A stretch of 64,000 nt of DNA from Candidatus Enterousia sp. (GTDB lineage: Bacteria; Pseudomonadota; Alphaproteobacteria; Rs-D84). The stretch is from NCBI GenBank assembly GCA_045613785.1, contig JAZLBQ010000026.1:80677-144676 (forward strand), written 5' to 3'. Shown here in pieces: positions 1 through 10,527 of this stretch. The notes beneath the pieces are model-generated. The model was not told where the DNA came from. It did not search any database and saw nothing but the letters and a program-made list of their open reading frames with translations. Made by a program: the position numbers and the translations under genes. How positions within the stretch are numbered: position 1 is the first letter of the stretch; every line of letters begins with the position of its first letter.

Positions 1-94
1 AGACGGCACGTGCCGCTGCATTATTTTCGTATAAATCTTTGCCCATACCAACGCTTTGTGCACCTTGACCTGGGAAAACAAAAACAGAAGCCAT
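1..94 (-). CDS. fabD: Malonyl-CoA:ACP transacylase, 5' part only (runs off the window start)
   Basis: Manual translation of the minus strand from ATG at 94 gives MASVFVFPGQGAQSVGMGKDLY, which contains the FabD FPGQGxQ motif. Confidence 0.9.
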   Translation of the reverse strand, partial: MASVFVFPGQGAQSVGMGKDLYENNAAARAV

Positions 95-123
95 ATAAAA
101 TCCTTTTGTTCAAGACCCTTAAA

Positions 124-669
124 TTATAGTTTTCTAATTGAAAACTCGCAACCACAATAATTTTGCCGATAAAAATCAGATTCACGATTTATCTGGACAC
201 GCAGATTTTCGTCCCATTTAATTTTTAGATATTGAATATTATTGCAATTTTTTTCGGCAGCCACATCTACTTGGGTCTGACTTTTATGTCGTGAAACGCC
301 CAGCACGCTTGCGATTGCGTTATAGCCATTTTGTTGTGCGAATTGAACGGCTCTGTGGAAACGATATTCAAAGCACACAGAACATCTTGCACCACGTTCA
401 GGTTCATTTTCCAGACCCATAACAGCCTTTCGCCAAGCATCATGGTCGTATTCAAGAACTGCATATTTCGCACCAACACTTTCACAGTATTTAATCTGCT
501 CGTTCATACGTTTAGTGTATTCAGATTCTGGAAAGATATTAGGGTTAAAGAATAAGACAATAAAATCATCAATATTATCAACAGCGTTTTGGGTCAGTTG
601 CCTAATTGCCCCCGCTGAACACGGTGCACAACAAGACAACAAAACCAAACGCAATTTATTATCGGACAT
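124..669 (-). CDS. queH: Epoxyqueuosine reductase QueH (cobalamin-independent)
   Basis: Motifs CCAPCS, FFNPNIFP..EY, EPERGARCxxC and YRQNYCGCEFS. Confidence 0.9.
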   Translation of the reverse strand: MSDNKLRLVLLSCCAPCSAGAIRQLTQNAVDNIDDFIVLFFNPNIFPESEYTKRMNEQIKYCESVGAKYAVLEYDHDAWRKAVMGLENEPERGARCSVCFEYRFHRAVQFAQQNGYNAIASVLGVSRHKSQTQVDVAAEKNCNNIQYLKIKWDENLRVQINRESDFYRQNYCGCEFSIRKL

Positions 670-1213
670 TTTGCAAAAATTTTGCCAATATTTCAGGCAT
701 TTTACCAGTTGTTGCTGGGTAAACCTGATTCATATTATTGTTTACAACGATATCGTTATTATCTAATTCGTGCCAAAAAACAGTTATAGAAACTGGGATT
801 GGGCGTGGTGCTGCCAAAGAGCCTGGCATTCTCAGACCGATGCTATGCTGTGTATGAGAACCAGTCTTGATTGCAGGAGCGTTCATATTTCTATCATTTA
901 TCGCTGGTGAAAATTTTGCACCTGGATTTGCACGTTTAATATTTTTTGCATTTGTGATTTCATCTGCGACCCACAAAGGCAAAGTTTCTGTTTCAATAAC
1001 ATGTGTTGTGAAATTAGTTTTCAAATCATAGTTTTCAACAGTTCTGATAATTTCAATTTTATAAATATCTGGACGACTTGCATTTGCAGACAAAATCTTT
1101 TTCATATCATGAATACTTTTGAAATCACCATTTGCCATAAATTTTTTACCGTGCAAACGCAGTGTCCAAACTTCACGTGTTCCAATATTTTTTTTATCAA
1201 ATTTATTTTCCAT
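659..1213 (-). CDS. Hypothetical protein, paralog of 1255..1776
   Basis: 184-aa ORF that shares YKIE, W(V/I)AD and a C-terminal QxYPxxTGKxP motif with its neighbour. Confidence 0.75.
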   Translation of the reverse strand: MENKFDKKNIGTREVWTLRLHGKKFMANGDFKSIHDMKKILSANASRPDIYKIEIIRTVENYDLKTNFTTHVIETETLPLWVADEITNAKNIKRANPGAKFSPAINDRNMNAPAIKTGSHTQHSIGLRMPGSLAAPRPIPVSITVFWHELDNNDIVVNNNMNQVYPATTGKMPEILAKFLQNVR

Positions 1214-1254
1214 CTACTTTTCCTTTTACTTTTTACCATACATTCCGCTAGGTA

Positions 1255-1776
1255 TTATCGTGTTTTACGTATTATTCTGGATAACACCATTGGGATTTTA
1301 CCCGTATTTTCCGGATAAATCTGCTTTAAATTTCTGTCTAAAACAACGTCATTATCAGACAGAGTATGAAGATAATCATCACCAGGAATCAAAAGATTTG
1401 TTGGTGCTTGATTACTCATTATAACATTTTTACTTTGAATATATCGCTTGCCTTTCGTAATTGCAATTTTTTTGCCACTGGCAGTTTCTGTATATTCGAT
1501 TTTATCTGCAATCCAGTATTGTTGAGTTAGCTGTTTTTTGATTGTTTCAAAAACATTTTTTTTGATTATCTGCTTTTCTGTGGTTTTTACCAGTTCTATT
1601 TTATATGCATCTGAAAAGCGTTCTAAATAATCCGAAACATCATGCACGTTTTTAACAATGCCTGCCACGATATGCTCTGCTGTATAAACGTTTATCCTGC
1701 AACCTTCTTTTGCATCATCTGTAAAATCACGAAACAAAGCATACTCACTTAAATCAATTTGACCAGCCATAAACAA
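1255..1776 (-). CDS. Hypothetical protein, paralog of 659..1213
   Basis: 173-aa ORF directly downstream of metG, with motifs shared with the next gene. Confidence 0.75.
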   Translation of the reverse strand: MFMAGQIDLSEYALFRDFTDDAKEGCRINVYTAEHIVAGIVKNVHDVSDYLERFSDAYKIELVKTTEKQIIKKNVFETIKKQLTQQYWIADKIEYTETASGKKIAITKGKRYIQSKNVIMSNQAPTNLLIPGDDYLHTLSDNDVVLDRNLKQIYPENTGKIPMVLSRIIRKTR

Positions 1777-1782
1777 TTACCT

Positions 1783-3774
1783 TTAACCTAGTTTATATTC
1801 TGTTCCAATTTCTGCGTCCGTCCCCAGTTCGATGATTTTATCGCCATCACTGCCCTGTCCAACTTCTGCTGGGCTGCACATCATACCAAAAGACTCTACA
1901 CCTGCAACAGTTCTTTGTGCCATTGGTTTTTTCATACCTGGCAATTTAGATCCCACAGGTGCTAAAACCCCACGCAGACCAACATAAACATTTGGTGCAC
2001 CACAAACAATTTGAACATTTTCAGTTCCGTTATTTACAGTTAAAACATGTAAATCATCACGTGTTGGGTGATTTTCAACTGCAGCAATTTCAGCGACGAT
2101 TGGTTTTGGTGTGTTATCAGGTTGTTTTACAGTATATTTTTCTGTCATTTGTGCAATTTTTTCATCATCAATACGACTAAACAGATTTTCAGGCACTACA
2201 AATTCCGCCCCATCAGCAATACGAGATTCGAATTTTTCTGGCCAAGACAAATCTTGTTTATCTGCAAAAATATTCTGCATTTTTTCTGCTGCCACTGGGA
2301 TAAAAGGTGCAGACACACGTGCAAATAAATCAATCAACTGAAAGCATTGGTTCAATACCTTGCCTGCTGCGTCCAAATCACCATTTTTAACCAATGCCCA
2401 TGGTTCATATTTGGTCATATATTCATTACCGATTGCATACAGACCACGCAAAGCAGCGATTGATGCACGGAATTCACAAGCGTCCAACGCACTTGTCAGT
2501 TCTGACAATTTTTCATTGATTTGCGATTCCAGTTCAGGGTCGATTGTTCCTGTTGCTGGGACATTTGTTCCAAAGTTTTTAGCAGTCAATTTACAAACAC
2601 GACTTACAAAGTTCCCCAACATACCGTTCAGGTCTTTGTTTACAATTTCTGCAAATCGATTGATTGTAAAGTCTGTATCGTCTGTTTCTGGTGCAGACGC
2701 AATAATTGCATACCGCCAGCAATCCGCATCAGCATCCATAATCGCATCGTTTAGGAAAATGCCATTTCCAGTAGATTTTGAAATTTTGGCCCCATTAAAG
2801 TTCAAGAAATTAAATGCCTTTAACGTATCAACAGTTTTCCAGTTATCGTTCATTGCCAATTCTTGTGCTGGGAAAAAGATTGAATGGAACGAAACATTGT
2901 CTTTGCCCATAAATTGTGTATAGTGAACATCGTCGCCACCAAACCACCAGTCTGCCCAGTTCTCATTTGCTGCCTGTGAAATTGATACATACCCCCACGG
3001 TGCATCAAACCAAACATAAAAGACTTTATTTTCATATCCTGGCTTATTTACAGGAATACCCCATTTTAAATCACGTGTGATTGGGCTGTCCCGCAAACCT
3101 TCGTCCAGCCACTTGTTTGCGATTGCCAATGCGGTCTTGGGCCACCCTTTTCGTGAATCAATCCATTGACGCAACTTGTCCTGCATTTGACTTGATTTGA
3201 AATACAAGTGTTTAGTTTCACGCATTTCAACGGGTGAATCTTTTGTAATAGCACTGTGTGGGTTTATCAACTGTTCTGGTTCCAGTGTTGCCCCGCACTT
3301 TCCACATTCATTACCGTATGCACCGTCAAATCCGCATTTTGGACAAGTTCCGATAACAAATCTGTCGGCCAAGAACATTTCGTCTTTGACTGAATAAGGT
3401 TGCACAGACGTTTTTTCGACCAACATACCCTGTTCGTCCAGACGTGTAAATAATGACTGAATTAGTTCTGTGTGTTTTTGTGTATGTGTTCTGCCATAGA
3501 TATCAAAAGACAAACCAAAGTTTTTAATGGCATCGACGTGTGCTGCACGATACTTATCGACATATTCTTCGACAGGCATATTTTCTTTCATTGCACCGAT
3601 TTCACTGGCTGTGCCGTGTTCATCAGCCCCGCAAATGAACAGAACATCACGTCCCATTGCCCGGCAAAATCGTGCATAAACATCACTTGGCAGCAAGCAA
3701 CCAACCAAATGCCCGATATGCAAATTATAGTTTACGTATGGTAATGCCGATGTAATTAAATACTTTTTTGCCAT
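1783..3774 (-). CDS. metG: Methionyl-tRNA synthetase with a C-terminal tRNA-binding OB domain
   Basis: ITSALPYVN..HIGH, Zn knuckles CPKC/CGKC, YVWFDAP and KISKS. Confidence 0.96.
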   Translation of the reverse strand: MAKKYLITSALPYVNYNLHIGHLVGCLLPSDVYARFCRAMGRDVLFICGADEHGTASEIGAMKENMPVEEYVDKYRAAHVDAIKNFGLSFDIYGRTHTQKHTELIQSLFTRLDEQGMLVEKTSVQPYSVKDEMFLADRFVIGTCPKCGFDGAYGNECGKCGATLEPEQLINPHSAITKDSPVEMRETKHLYFKSSQMQDKLRQWIDSRKGWPKTALAIANKWLDEGLRDSPITRDLKWGIPVNKPGYENKVFYVWFDAPWGYVSISQAANENWADWWFGGDDVHYTQFMGKDNVSFHSIFFPAQELAMNDNWKTVDTLKAFNFLNFNGAKISKSTGNGIFLNDAIMDADADCWRYAIIASAPETDDTDFTINRFAEIVNKDLNGMLGNFVSRVCKLTAKNFGTNVPATGTIDPELESQINEKLSELTSALDACEFRASIAALRGLYAIGNEYMTKYEPWALVKNGDLDAAGKVLNQCFQLIDLFARVSAPFIPVAAEKMQNIFADKQDLSWPEKFESRIADGAEFVVPENLFSRIDDEKIAQMTEKYTVKQPDNTPKPIVAEIAAVENHPTRDDLHVLTVNNGTENVQIVCGAPNVYVGLRGVLAPVGSKLPGMKKPMAQRTVAGVESFGMMCSPAEVGQGSDGDKIIELGTDAEIGTEYKLG

Positions 3775-3897
3775 TATTTACCCTTTTTTTACTGCGGAAA
3801 TTATAAAACATATTTTGAATAAATCAATAGTTATAAAAAACTTGAAAAAACAATCGTGTATAGTATGTTAGTAAGCATATAAAGTAATGGATTTAAC

Positions 3898-4407
3898 ATG
3901 CAACCAAAAAAACAACTTGATAAAAACACATTGATATACCTTGTAAATGAAATAACCAAGAATCACGGCATCAAGAACACATCGCCTGTAAAGTTGGGTC
4001 GTCTGATGTATTTGTTGTGGCTTGAATATGCGTCCCTGCAACCAGGTTTGACATTTCCGGAAAACTCACCAATGGCGAATATGCGTTTTATAAATTATGA
4101 ACGTGGTCCTGCCGAAGAACTAAGTTCTGATAATTTTGATACAGTCCGTTCTGAAATTTTGGCTGGCAAGATTCCAAACTTTTCCCAGACATCATTTCAT
4201 TTAAAAGAAAAGCATAATATGGAACAGGCTTTTACCACTGTTCGCAACATATATTCAATGCATCGTGCGACAGATTTGTGTAATTTCATTATGTATGAAC
4301 TACCGACTTGTCAGTTCAAGCCAAAGATTTGCGAATTGACATTTAATGACCAAGAATTTGTCCGTGAACTTCGTGCATTTATCCGCAAGCGTGATAGATT
4401 AAAATAA
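3898..4407 (+). CDS. Putative Panacea/SocA-like (DUF4065) domain protein
   Basis: SPVKLGRLMYLLWLEY...FINYERGP resembles the family pattern KLxKLLY...FxAWxxGP, but is divergent. Confidence 0.5.
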   Translation: MQPKKQLDKNTLIYLVNEITKNHGIKNTSPVKLGRLMYLLWLEYASLQPGLTFPENSPMANMRFINYERGPAEELSSDNFDTVRSEILAGKIPNFSQTSFHLKEKHNMEQAFTTVRNIYSMHRATDLCNFIMYELPTCQFKPKICELTFNDQEFVRELRAFIRKRDRLK

Positions 4408-4411
4408 AAAG

Positions 4412-4427
4412 ACCGGCAAACGCCGGT
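4412..4427. repeat. RCCGGY-N4-RCCGGY 16-mer, copy 1 (also a bidirectional terminator-like hairpin)
   Basis: ACCGGC-AAAC-GCCGGT flanked by A and T runs between convergent genes. Confidence 0.8.
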
Positions 4428-4436
4428 TTTTAAATC

Positions 4437-4513
4437 TGGTGGGTGGTATTGGACTCGAACCAACGACCTTTACGATGTCAACGTAACGCTCTAACCAACT
4501 GAGCTAACCACCC
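4437..4513 (-). tRNA. tRNA-Val(GAC)
   Basis: Reverse complement GGGTGGTTAGCTCAGTTGGTTAGAGC...TT-GAC-AT...GGTTCGAGTCC...CCCACCA folds as a cloverleaf with an encoded CCA. Confidence 0.97.
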
Positions 4514-4630
4514 AAAACGACCCGATTATAACAGATAAAAATATAATTGCAAATGATATTTCGTAGTTGTGCAAAGTTCTAACCTCCAACCACCTTATTG
4601 CGGTGTTTTTTTTATAAATTGGTGTCAATT

Positions 4631-4756
4631 ATGCATATTATTGACCAAATTGAAGAATATAGACTAAACAACAAAATCCAAGTTTTTCAAATTTGTAATA
4701 TAATTGGTTTGATAATATTTATAATTGCAACAAAATATCCTCTAAAAAACATATAA
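4631..4756 (+). CDS. Putative 41-aa small protein (below the ORF-track cutoff)
   Basis: MHIIDQIEEYRLNNKIQVFQICNIIGLIIFIIATKYPLKNI, with GGTG upstream and the stop just before a hairpin. Confidence 0.45.
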   Translation: MHIIDQIEEYRLNNKIQVFQICNIIGLIIFIIATKYPLKNI

Positions 4757-4760
4757 AAAA

Positions 4761-4776
4761 GCCGGTAAAAACCGGC
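4761..4776. repeat. RCCGGY-N4-RCCGGY 16-mer, copy 2 / accC terminator
   Basis: GCCGGT-AAAA-ACCGGC. Confidence 0.8.
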
Positions 4777-4780
4777 AATT

Positions 4781-6130
4781 TTATTCTTCGTTTTTCAAGA
4801 ATTTTTCCAACCATTTATTGTCAAAATTCAACTGTTTTACGTCTTTGTTTTTTAACAGTTTTTGTTGCAAAGGAATAGTTGTTTTTACGCCTTCGATAAC
4901 AAATTCGTCCAACGCACGTGTTGCCCGCATCAAGCACGCAGGTCTATTTTGTGCATGAACAATCAATTTTGCAATCATAGAATCATATGTTGGTGGAATT
5001 GTATAACCTGTATAAACAGCACTATCGACACGAACGCCCAAACCACCTGATGGTGCATACAGTGTAATTTTTCCAGGGTTTGGAACAAAAGTTTCTGGGT
5101 CTTCTGCATTTATACGGAATTCGATAGCATGTCCATTTGGGATAACGTTTGATTGTGTATAACCCAGTTTTTCACCTGCTGCGATACGAATTTGTTCACG
5201 AACCAAATCCACCCCATAAACCATTTCTGTCACAGGATGTTCTACCTGTAATCTAGTATTCATTTCCAAGAAATAGAATTTGCCATCTTCGAACATAAAT
5301 TCAAAAGTTCCAGCATTGACATATCCCATTTTTTTTGCTGCTGTTTTGCAGATTTCAATCATATCATCACGTTGTTTTTGTGATAATACAGCGGCGGGGC
5401 ATTCTTCCAAAACCTTTTGGTTGCGTCTTTGCAGCGAGCAATCACGTTCACCAAAGATAACGACATTTCCGTGCATATCACCTAAAACCTGGAATTCGAT
5501 ATGACGTGGATGTGTCAGTAATTTTTCCATATACAGCGTTCCGTCCCCAAAAGCCGACTGTGCTTCATTTTTAGTCAATTGGAACGCCTCTGCCATTTCG
5601 TCTGAATTCATAACGGGTCGCATACCACGACCACCGCCACCAGCGGCTGCTTTTAACATAACAGGATAGCCAATTTTTTCGGCCACATCCAATGCTATTT
5701 CCAAAGAATCGACTGCCCCATCAGACCCTGGCACAACTGGCAAACCACATTCCACAGCAGTCTTTTTTGCATTTACCTTGTCGCCCATGCGAATAATCAT
5801 TTCTGGCGAAGGCCCAATCCAAATCATACCATGCTGCTCAACTTTGTGTGCAAAGTCTGCTCGTTCAGATAAAAATCCATATCCTGGGTGAATTGCATCT
5901 GCATTTGTCAGCAATGCAGCGGTTAAAATTGCGGATTCGTTCAGATAAGATTCACGTGCTGGTGCAGGTCCGATACATACAGACTCGTCTGCCAGTTGCA
6001 CGTGCATAGCGTCCTTGTCAGCGGTTGAATATACAGCAACTGTTCGGATACCCATATCACGACAGGCACGAATAACACGCAAGGCGATTTCCCCACGGTT
6101 AGCGATTAAAACTTTTTTAATTTGTGACAT
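4781..6130 (-). CDS. accC: Acetyl-CoA carboxylase, biotin carboxylase subunit
   Basis: KVLIANRGEIA, HPGYGFLSE, GGGGRGM and EMNTRLQVEHPVTE. Confidence 0.97.
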   Translation of the reverse strand: MSQIKKVLIANRGEIALRVIRACRDMGIRTVAVYSTADKDAMHVQLADESVCIGPAPARESYLNESAILTAALLTNADAIHPGYGFLSERADFAHKVEQHGMIWIGPSPEMIIRMGDKVNAKKTAVECGLPVVPGSDGAVDSLEIALDVAEKIGYPVMLKAAAGGGGRGMRPVMNSDEMAEAFQLTKNEAQSAFGDGTLYMEKLLTHPRHIEFQVLGDMHGNVVIFGERDCSLQRRNQKVLEECPAAVLSQKQRDDMIEICKTAAKKMGYVNAGTFEFMFEDGKFYFLEMNTRLQVEHPVTEMVYGVDLVREQIRIAAGEKLGYTQSNVIPNGHAIEFRINAEDPETFVPNPGKITLYAPSGGLGVRVDSAVYTGYTIPPTYDSMIAKLIVHAQNRPACLMRATRALDEFVIEGVKTTIPLQQKLLKNKDVKQLNFDNKWLEKFLKNEE

Positions 6131-6131
6131 C

Positions 6132-6575
6132 TTATTCGATAATGATTATAGGTTGGTCAAATTCAACTGCTGCACCATCTTTGGCCAAGATTTCTGTTAC
6201 AACACCGTCTTTGTCGGATTTGATTGGGTTAAATGTTTTCATTGCTTCGACCAACGCAACGGTATCGCCTGCTTTGACAGATGCGCCGACACTAACGAAT
6301 GGTTCTGCCCCTGGTTCTGGTGCCAGATATACAACACCGACCATTGGTGATTTCAGTGCATATCCACTGATTTTTGTTTTTTCTAAAGAATCTGAACTTG
6401 TGTTTTTTACCTCAGAATTTGTTGTTGCCGATGCGACTGCAACGGTCTTTTGTTTAGATAAATGAATATGTTTACGATACAAGCCAAATAAAAATTGGCG
6501 TTCTAAATCTAACTCTGTAATTCCCATATCGTCCATAATTTTTGACATAGACTCTACGGTTGCACGAAAAGACAT
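6132..6575 (-). CDS. accB: Biotin carboxyl carrier protein
   Basis: SPMVG and the EAMK biotinylation motif; adjacent to accC. Confidence 0.95.
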   Translation of the reverse strand: MSFRATVESMSKIMDDMGITELDLERQFLFGLYRKHIHLSKQKTVAVASATTNSEVKNTSSDSLEKTKISGYALKSPMVGVVYLAPEPGAEPFVSVGASVKAGDTVALVEAMKTFNPIKSDKDGVVTEILAKDGAAVEFDQPIIIIE

Positions 6576-6642
6576 TTTAATCCCTTTATTTATAGTTCAC
6601 TGTCATGCACAATATAAAATTTTACCATATTCTGTCGCATTG

Positions 6643-6871
6643 TCAAGGAACAGGGTCGTATCCAAATCCGCCACCTGGTCTGCATCTGGATATTCTTTTC
6701 AAACCCATAAAAGTTCCACGAAATGTTCCGTATTTAATTATTGCCTGGCGTGTATATTCACTGCATGTTGGGACAAATCTGCAAGCTGCCTTGCCGCCAA
6801 AAACAGGGGACAAAGCCACTTGATAAAATCGCACGACGCCCAGTGCAATTCTTTGGAAAAAAGAAAGTTTA

Positions 6872-6882
<11 letters not shown>
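6643..6882 (-). CDS. yidD: Membrane protein insertion efficiency factor YidD
   Basis: CRFVPTCSEY...RISRCRP..GG.DPVP. Confidence 0.93.
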
Positions 6883-8380
<1,498 letters not shown>

Positions 8381-8394
8381 AAAGCAACAAAAAA

Positions 8395-8410
8395 ACCGGC
8401 AAAAGCCGGT
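8395..8410. repeat. RCCGGY-N4-RCCGGY 16-mer, copy 3 / mreB-der bidirectional terminator
   Basis: ACCGGC-AAAA-GCCGGT with A and T flanks. Confidence 0.8.
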
Positions 8411-8414
8411 TTTT

Positions 8415-9749
8415 TTAATCGTATGGATTTTCCGATTTTTCGTATTCTATTATTATTGGCAAGTGTTCCCATTTCAAGGCTGTTGCCAACCCACGACGCA
8501 GATATCTGGTATAAGATTCTGGAATATCAGATGCCCCACCGACATTGATTGTAATTTTCATTGGATGTCGTCCTGTCTGTCGTGCAAACTTGATTTTCAT
8601 TGGTCGTTTCAGTCGTGACAAAGGTGGTTGTCTGTCTGCAACCAGTTTTTCGACAATTCTGTTGATTAAACTTGTCGGTGCGGTTGCGTTTGAAATATCC
8701 CACTGTTCATATATACGGCGGAACATATTTTGAACACCAGTTCCTGTTTCTGCTGACACTGCTAAAATCATAGGTTTAATAATCTGATGAAAAGAATTAG
8801 AAAACTGATGTTTTAATTTCAGTAATTTTTCATCACGAATTTCTGGTTCGACCAAATCCCACTTATTCAGTGCCACGCACAATATTTTACCGGCGTTATA
8901 AACACGTGCTGCAATCCCCAAGGCCTGGTTTTCAATGTTTCTGGTTGCATCAACCATTAAAATAACAACATTAGCCTTTTCGATTGCGTCCAAAGATTTC
9001 AGTGCTGACAATGTTTCAACATCATCTGTGACCCCTGCCTTGCGACGAAGACCTGCGGTATCCATCAGGACGATATCCCGTCCATAGAACTTTGTTGGGA
9101 TTTTTACTGTATCTCTTGTAATTCCAGGTGCGTCCATAACGATTTGTCTTTTTTCGCCCAGCACACGATTTACAAAAGTTGATTTTCCAACGTTCGGCTG
9201 CCCCAGAACAGCAATCTTGATTCTGTTGTCTTGGTTTTTTTCTGGCACAGGTGCATTAGCAGAATCCCCGGCGATTTTATCCAAGAATTCATAAATGTTA
9301 TCAAATCCACGTTTGTGTTCAGCAGCCACCAAAACAGGCTCACCAAAGCCTAGTTTGTAAAAATCGTGAACATTTGCCAGTCGTTTTTCCGATTCGCTTT
9401 TATTGACCAACAGCATTACAGGTGCTTTTGTTTTTCTGCGGACTAATTTTGCCCAATCTAAATCTTCATTAGTCAGTCCTACACGACCATCGACAACGAA
9501 CAAAACCGCATTTGCGTTTGCGATTTCATCTATTGCCATATTTGTTGAATCCAGTGCAATTCCGGCGTTTGCACGTTCCAGTCCTGCTGTATCAACCAGT
9601 GTATAAGGTCGATTATGAAATGTGCCTGAAATTGTATCACGTGTGACCCCAGGTCTGTCATGAACCAGTGCATCACGTGTTCCCGTCAATGCATTAAATA
9701 ATGTCGATTTACCCGTATTTGGGCGTCCTGCTATAACTATTTTCATCAT
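8415..9749 (-). CDS. der: Ribosome biogenesis GTPase Der (EngA)
   Basis: Two G-domains (GRPNTGKS..GVTRD..DTAG and GQPNVGKS..GITRD..DTAG..NKWD) plus a KH-like C-terminus. Confidence 0.96.
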   Translation of the reverse strand: MMKIVIAGRPNTGKSTLFNALTGTRDALVHDRPGVTRDTISGTFHNRPYTLVDTAGLERANAGIALDSTNMAIDEIANANAVLFVVDGRVGLTNEDLDWAKLVRRKTKAPVMLLVNKSESEKRLANVHDFYKLGFGEPVLVAAEHKRGFDNIYEFLDKIAGDSANAPVPEKNQDNRIKIAVLGQPNVGKSTFVNRVLGEKRQIVMDAPGITRDTVKIPTKFYGRDIVLMDTAGLRRKAGVTDDVETLSALKSLDAIEKANVVILMVDATRNIENQALGIAARVYNAGKILCVALNKWDLVEPEIRDEKLLKLKHQFSNSFHQIIKPMILAVSAETGTGVQNMFRRIYEQWDISNATAPTSLINRIVEKLVADRQPPLSRLKRPMKIKFARQTGRHPMKITINVGGASDIPESYTRYLRRGLATALKWEHLPIIIEYEKSENPYD

Positions 9750-9815
9750 AACTTTTTCCATTGATTTTTTGTAATTATAAAGCAAAAATATAAATAATCA
9801 AATAGGGGCGTAAAT

Positions 9816-10412
9816 ATGAAGAAAAAAATCAAGAACGTATTCAAGCATACACGTAATCTGATTGTGAATCCGAAACGCTATTTTACCAAGATTGTTGCGG
9901 ACGGCAACATGGAAGAATCGATGTTAAAGGCATTTTTATATGGTCTGTTGGGTGGCTGCCTTGTTTTGTTGATTCGTCTGCTAGGTGGTGCGACAATAAC
10001 ACTTGGTGCGATATTCACAGCGATTGTGATTGTTCCTGTTTTGGCAGTTGCATTGCTGTTTGTTATGGGTGGCCTGATGATGTTGGTGTCTGAAATCACT
10101 GGTGGCGAACGTGATTGGGAGATTGCGATAAAAGGCCTGGCATCAATATTTTTTATATATCCGATAATACTTGTCCTGAATGCTTTGGCATTTAATTGCA
10201 CATCTATTTGGGTAATCAGTATGCTGGTAGATATTTATGTTTTGTTCTTGTTTTATAACATATCGTTGTATTGTATGCGTGGCAAGCGTGGCAATGTTTT
10301 AATGGTGATTGGTATTTTGGCATTGTTTATTGCGACGGTCTATGCCACAGATTATCGAATTGGCTGGTTTATGTTAAAAAATACCAGTGCGACCCTGGCA
10401 TGCTTATTGTAA
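9816..10412 (+). CDS. Yip1-family integral membrane protein
   Basis: N-terminal LIVNPKRYF motif and about 5 hydrophobic segments; lies upstream of ABC genes. Confidence 0.65.
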   Translation: MKKKIKNVFKHTRNLIVNPKRYFTKIVADGNMEESMLKAFLYGLLGGCLVLLIRLLGGATITLGAIFTAIVIVPVLAVALLFVMGGLMMLVSEITGGERDWEIAIKGLASIFFIYPIILVLNALAFNCTSIWVISMLVDIYVLFLFYNISLYCMRGKRGNVLMVIGILALFIATVYATDYRIGWFMLKNTSATLACLL

Positions 10413-10419
10413 TGAAAAA

Positions 10420-10435
10420 GCCGGCAAAAGCCGGT
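10420..10435. repeat. RCCGGY-N4-RCCGGY 16-mer, copy 4
   Basis: GCCGGC-AAAA-GCCGGT followed by a T run. Confidence 0.8.
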
Positions 10436-10527
10436 TTTTTTATTTTGTGAATACAGATAAATTGCCCCCTGCCCTTGGATATGATATAATATACCAGATA
10501 TAAATCCGACCAAGGGACATATAAAAC

